Origin: Eledone cirrhosa
Taxonomy: Eukaryota
Direction of reading: 5' to 3'
Assembly: GCA_964016885.1 (NCBI GenBank)
Contig: OZ024743.1
Location: 46,066,001-46,130,000 of the forward strand
Length of the DNA stretch: 64,000 bases
Part shown: one piece after another, positions 59,573 to 64,000 of the stretch
How the letters are laid out: the number at the start of each line of letters is the position of its first letter
How positions within the stretch are numbered: position 1 is the stretch's first letter
Made by a program: the position numbers and the translations under genes
Notes under the pieces: generated by a model
The model's input: only the letters and a program-made list of their open reading frames with translations
What the model was told of the DNA's origin: nothing
Database searches by the model: none

Positions 59573-60133
59573 AAGTGGCTTAAAATAAAATCTATTTCAA
59601 TCATATTATACTATAAATCAACCCAAATATGCTTTATACAGGCTAAAATCCATATTAAGAAGAGTATTATTTATACAAAATGTTTTCAGATACAACACTT
59701 AAGTATACTATTATTAAGATTAAAAACATAGAAAGCAAGAAAATATATTTAATTGTCCACAGCGCGGTTTCACTATGATGACGAATACTGACTAATTCCC
59801 ATAATTAATTAGCCAATCAAAAATACAGGGATCTTTAGATACTAGTCTTAAGATATACTCTTTAATAGCCATTTCAAGAAAACCTCTAATGAATTTTCTT
59901 GTATTGGAAATAACCTCTGGACAGCTAGTATAGCTAAAAGCCAAAAGTAAGGTTTTTAACTCCATGTGGTTTAGCTATATGCTATTCAGTATAAACTTAA
60001 ATAGATGTTAATGAGCATACATATGAAGGTAGAAACAGCTTACAAGGTCCTCAAAAAATTTAACAACTAATCCTTAAATTAATTCATATATAAATATAAA
60101 TTAATTTCAGGTTGAGTTATATATAAATATATG

Positions 60134-60223
<90 letters not shown>

Positions 60224-60606
60224 TATATATAAATTGGTAGGATGACTTTAGATCAGTTTGACAATCGTCACCAACGAATGCAAGACAGTTCTCCAGAAAG
60301 TTAACCAGGATTTTTAAAAAACCTTTCCACCAAAGTTAACAAAGGACTTATTAGATCTACATAGCAAAATTGTAAAATTGTAAAATTGTAAAATTATAAA
60401 ATTAAATTGTTATAGAATACCAACTATAAGTGAAGTCCTTTTATACCTGAAGTCACTGTAAAACTAATAATAACATTTGTACTGCCTCTTCGCTTCCCCT
60501 TTTTTTATTTGTTTTCTGTTTACATTCCACAATAATAAATGGACCTGTTATTTTTATCTAAAGACAATTATTTTCCTCCCTTCAATCTATCTTATTTCTC
60601 ATTCTT

Positions 60607-60642
60607 TCTTCTGATGAAGGACTAGCGTCCGAAACGTTAAGA
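60607..60642 (+). ncRNA. Minimal type I hammerhead (PLE type)
   Basis: ucuu-CUGAUGA-a-ggac-uagc-gucc-GAAA-cg-UU-aaga. Confidence 0.78.
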
Positions 60643-60727
60643 CCCTCTTCCTGCTATTTCAAGTGTTAACCTAATATATTCCTTCCATATACTGTACCGA
60701 TTGTGTTGTTATTTCTGCTTATCTTTT

Positions 60728-60817
<90 letters not shown>

Positions 60818-60886
60818 AAAAAGAGATGAAATCGAAAATGCAACTGAAGTCTTATTTTTTTTAAAAATATATATATTTATTTGGTT

Positions 60887-60924
60887 CCTTTACCGGTTTC
60901 GCAGTTCTTCTGCTTTTCAAAAGG
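60887..60924 (-). ncRNA. Minimal hammerhead, U3-A8 variant (inverted copy)
   Basis: Reverse complement of 62053-62090. Confidence 0.75.
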
Positions 60925-62052
60925 TGAGTTGAGATGGAGGGTCTGTGGTCTTTCTCACATCTGGTTGTGTGTATATGGGTGTTATGTGTGTGTGTGCGAG
61001 TATGTTAAGATGGAGAGACTATATATTTTGTGTGTGTGTATGTGTGTGTGTAGGAAAGTGATTCCTTTAGTAGGAATATTTTTGAATGAACATATTTTCC
61101 TTACTTTTTCGTGTTTGCTGTTGTATTGCCACTGGCAATACAACAGCAAACACGAAAAAGTAAGGAAAATATGTTCATTCAAAAATATTCCTACTAAAGG
61201 AATCACTTTCCTACACACACACATACACACACACAATATATATATATATATATATATATATTCTCTTCATCTTAACATGCTAACCATACTCCCACACACA
61301 TAACACCCATACACACACATAACAACCCCCACACCTACAACTCCCTCCCCATTTCTACTAATAGAACCACTTTCCTACACACATATATATATATACACAC
61401 ACACAAAATATATATTCTCTCCATCTTAACATACTCGCACACACACACATAACACCCATATACACACACACACAACTCCCTCCCCCATCTCTACTAATAG
61501 AATCATCTTCCAATACACACATACACACACACATACATACACACAAGCACACAAATAAACATACATATCTTCAGTCTCAATAGAAAATCTGAACTCTTAT
61601 ACCCCGGCAAGCTGGCCATATTCACTGAACCAGAACATTTCTCCCAATCCCTTTTCTCTTGACCACTATCTCTCCATTGTCATAACATTCACTATAAAGA
61701 CTACAGAATAGTTTTCCAAATAAGGGCGCAAAAATGTAATAAAAACTTGTTCACGTGACAGCCAAATTTCATTTATAACCAACCAAAAAAAAGCCTTCGT
61801 GAGCCTCCTTTTTTCAAGTAAAAAGAAATTCAAACACTCATATATGAAAAAACAACCTGTGACAACCCCCCTCTCTTATTTGAAGAACTATTGTAACGCG
61901 AACTGGCGCGAAATTTATTATAATTATTGACAAACCAATCAAATTACTTCTCGAAAAACCTGGCATTTCGAGCCACTTTTTCCATATAAAACAAGTAACA
62001 TTCAGAGACCAACCAGATGTGAGAAAAACCACAGACCCTCCATCTCAACTCA

Positions 62053-62090
62053 CCTTTTGAAAAGCAGAAGAACTGCGAAACCGGTAAAGG
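62053..62090 (+). ncRNA. Minimal hammerhead, U3-A8 variant
   Basis: ccuu-UUGAAAA-gcag-aagaa-cugc-GAAA-ccgg-UA-aagg. Confidence 0.75.
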
Positions 62091-62227
62091 AACCAAATAA
62101 ATATATATATTTTTTTTTAAAATAAGACTTCAGTTGCATTTTCGATTTCATCTCTTTTTCTTTATACTTTCACTCGTGTAGGACACCTCGGTTATTTTTC
62201 ATTTTGTAAAAAAAACCTCACTTTCTA

Positions 62228-62321
<94 letters not shown>

Positions 62322-62324
62322 TAT

Positions 62325-62965
62325 GTCAGGTCACCAGCTGGTGATACGGTTAACATGTATCCAAGTACAACCTGTCTCATGGTCGGGTCGTTGGCGACTA
62401 AACTGGCAACCCCACCAAGGTTTCTTGGTGAGGAGGGTGACTTTGGACATCCTGCAAGACTAAAAACGAAACCTGTCAAAGAGCAAAGGAGCTCTTAAGA
62501 GTCAATGGCCATCCAAAATCACCGGGAGAGATGACCCCTTAGCCTTTGTCAAGGCAGAATTCTAGGAGAAGGAAAACTCTGATATAACACCTGCAACACT
62601 GATGGTATCCAATGATGTTGACATGTTCTTCTTTTTGGTAAATATCATCTTGGTTAAGAGAGTGGGACTGGCTTTGTGCAGTGCCTTTGCTCACTATAAA
62701 AGCTTGACGGCACAGGCATTGCTTTATATCTGGAGATCTCTCTGCACTTGTCGTCACATGGTACCATGGGCCCAGCACTATGTGTCAATAATTGTCACAA
62801 GTGTAGTGTTTGACTAAAAAGTCACACTCGTTCAGCGCATCGGTAGGGGTTCTCCTACATGGATATAAAGTAGTGGCCGTACTCGAAAACGAGTTGGCAG
62901 ACACTATGTATGTATGTATGTATGTATGTATGTATGTATGTATGTATGTATGTATGTATGTATGT
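62325..62965 (+). mobile_element. Non-autonomous RTE-derived element (5' UTR-like part joined to the ORF 3' end, (TATG)n tail)
   Basis: ctaggagaaggaaaactctga motif (recalled from RTE 5' UTRs); 3' part homologous to 37739-38098. Confidence 0.65.
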
Positions 62966-63582
62966 ATGTGTGTGTATGGATGTTTTTACTTATATTCTCA
63001 AACATAATGTTATTTTTTGGTGTTAACTATAACGACTCTATTCAAAACTGGAGAAGGATTAACACAGCCAGGTTTTAAATGGCCAAGTCACACCGTATGT
63101 TATGATGGTGCCCCTACGGCACCATCAAGAGTTAAGGCCCTAACATCAGAGAATTTGTTTATGAATCAGATAAACGTGCCATCGCCATAGTATTGAAAAT
63201 ACAGTGTATCATTGAACTTTAAATTAAAAACTGACAAATAACTTCATTATTAAAACGATATCTTCCTTTTCTTTCTTCATGCCAAACTATTTTTATAGTT
63301 TAATAATTTTAAATATTTTAATACATTAGACTTTGCAATCTCGTATTTCCAGAAAAAAGTCTAAAATGTCAACTTACCAGGCATTGGTTCGTCTATTTCG
63401 GTTATTAAATATGGTTAATTTTAATTTACCCAAGGCAAGACTCCTACTTTTGTTTTAACATCATTATTATCACCATTAAACTTATTATCAGGACTCAGAA
63501 GACTTTTAAGGAATAATCAACATCATCATCATCATCCCTATGTGCGTAATCGTACATTGGTAAAATATTTTTGGTATATTAT
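62950..63582 (-). repeat. Inverted copy of the 48108-48757 repeat
   Basis: Near-identical reverse complement. Confidence 0.92.

Positions 63583-64000
<418 letters not shown>

Larger units (their letters stand above)
60812..62165. mobile_element. Non-autonomous PLE-like element with nested inverted repeats
   Basis: 60812-60965 is inverted at 62012-62165. A near-perfect ~200-bp palindrome is centred near 61131; internal ~100-bp subrepeats at 61255-61545. Confidence 0.75.

Noticed and set aside
63413-63435. ggttaattttaatttacccaag resembling nematode SL1
   Set aside because: Short, AT-rich and gapped match without the TTTGAG end, donor site or Sm site.

Overview
AT-rich, microsatellite-dense eukaryotic (metazoan) DNA, probably cephalopod/Octopus-like (inferred from repeat content only), with a 200-N scaffold gap at 11917-12116. 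I found no supportable host protein-coding gene. The window is a nest of retroelements: an R4/Dong-clade RLE LINE (1-3060, minus) plus a second R4/Dong 3' fragment; two decayed, apparently near-complete Tx1-like LINEs (about 4.6-10.5 kb and 16.5-22.2 kb) and a third ORF1 remnant; CRE and RTE fragments; many copies of one tRNA-derived SINE; and Helitron-like ends. A 5'-truncated Naiad-type Penelope-like element (PLE; RT plus GIY-YIG) lies between two multi-kb inverted arms that are mostly microsatellite. The main signal is non-coding: about 19 hammerhead-ribozyme (HHR) motifs in tandem or inverted PLE/retrozyme-like repeats, including U3-A8 core variants and long stem-II forms. Five copies from two divergent families at 33.9-36.3 kb carry all hammerhead core pieces in a non-circularly permuted, pseudoknotted order, with compensatory base changes between the families. 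All RNA structures were folded by eye and are untested.
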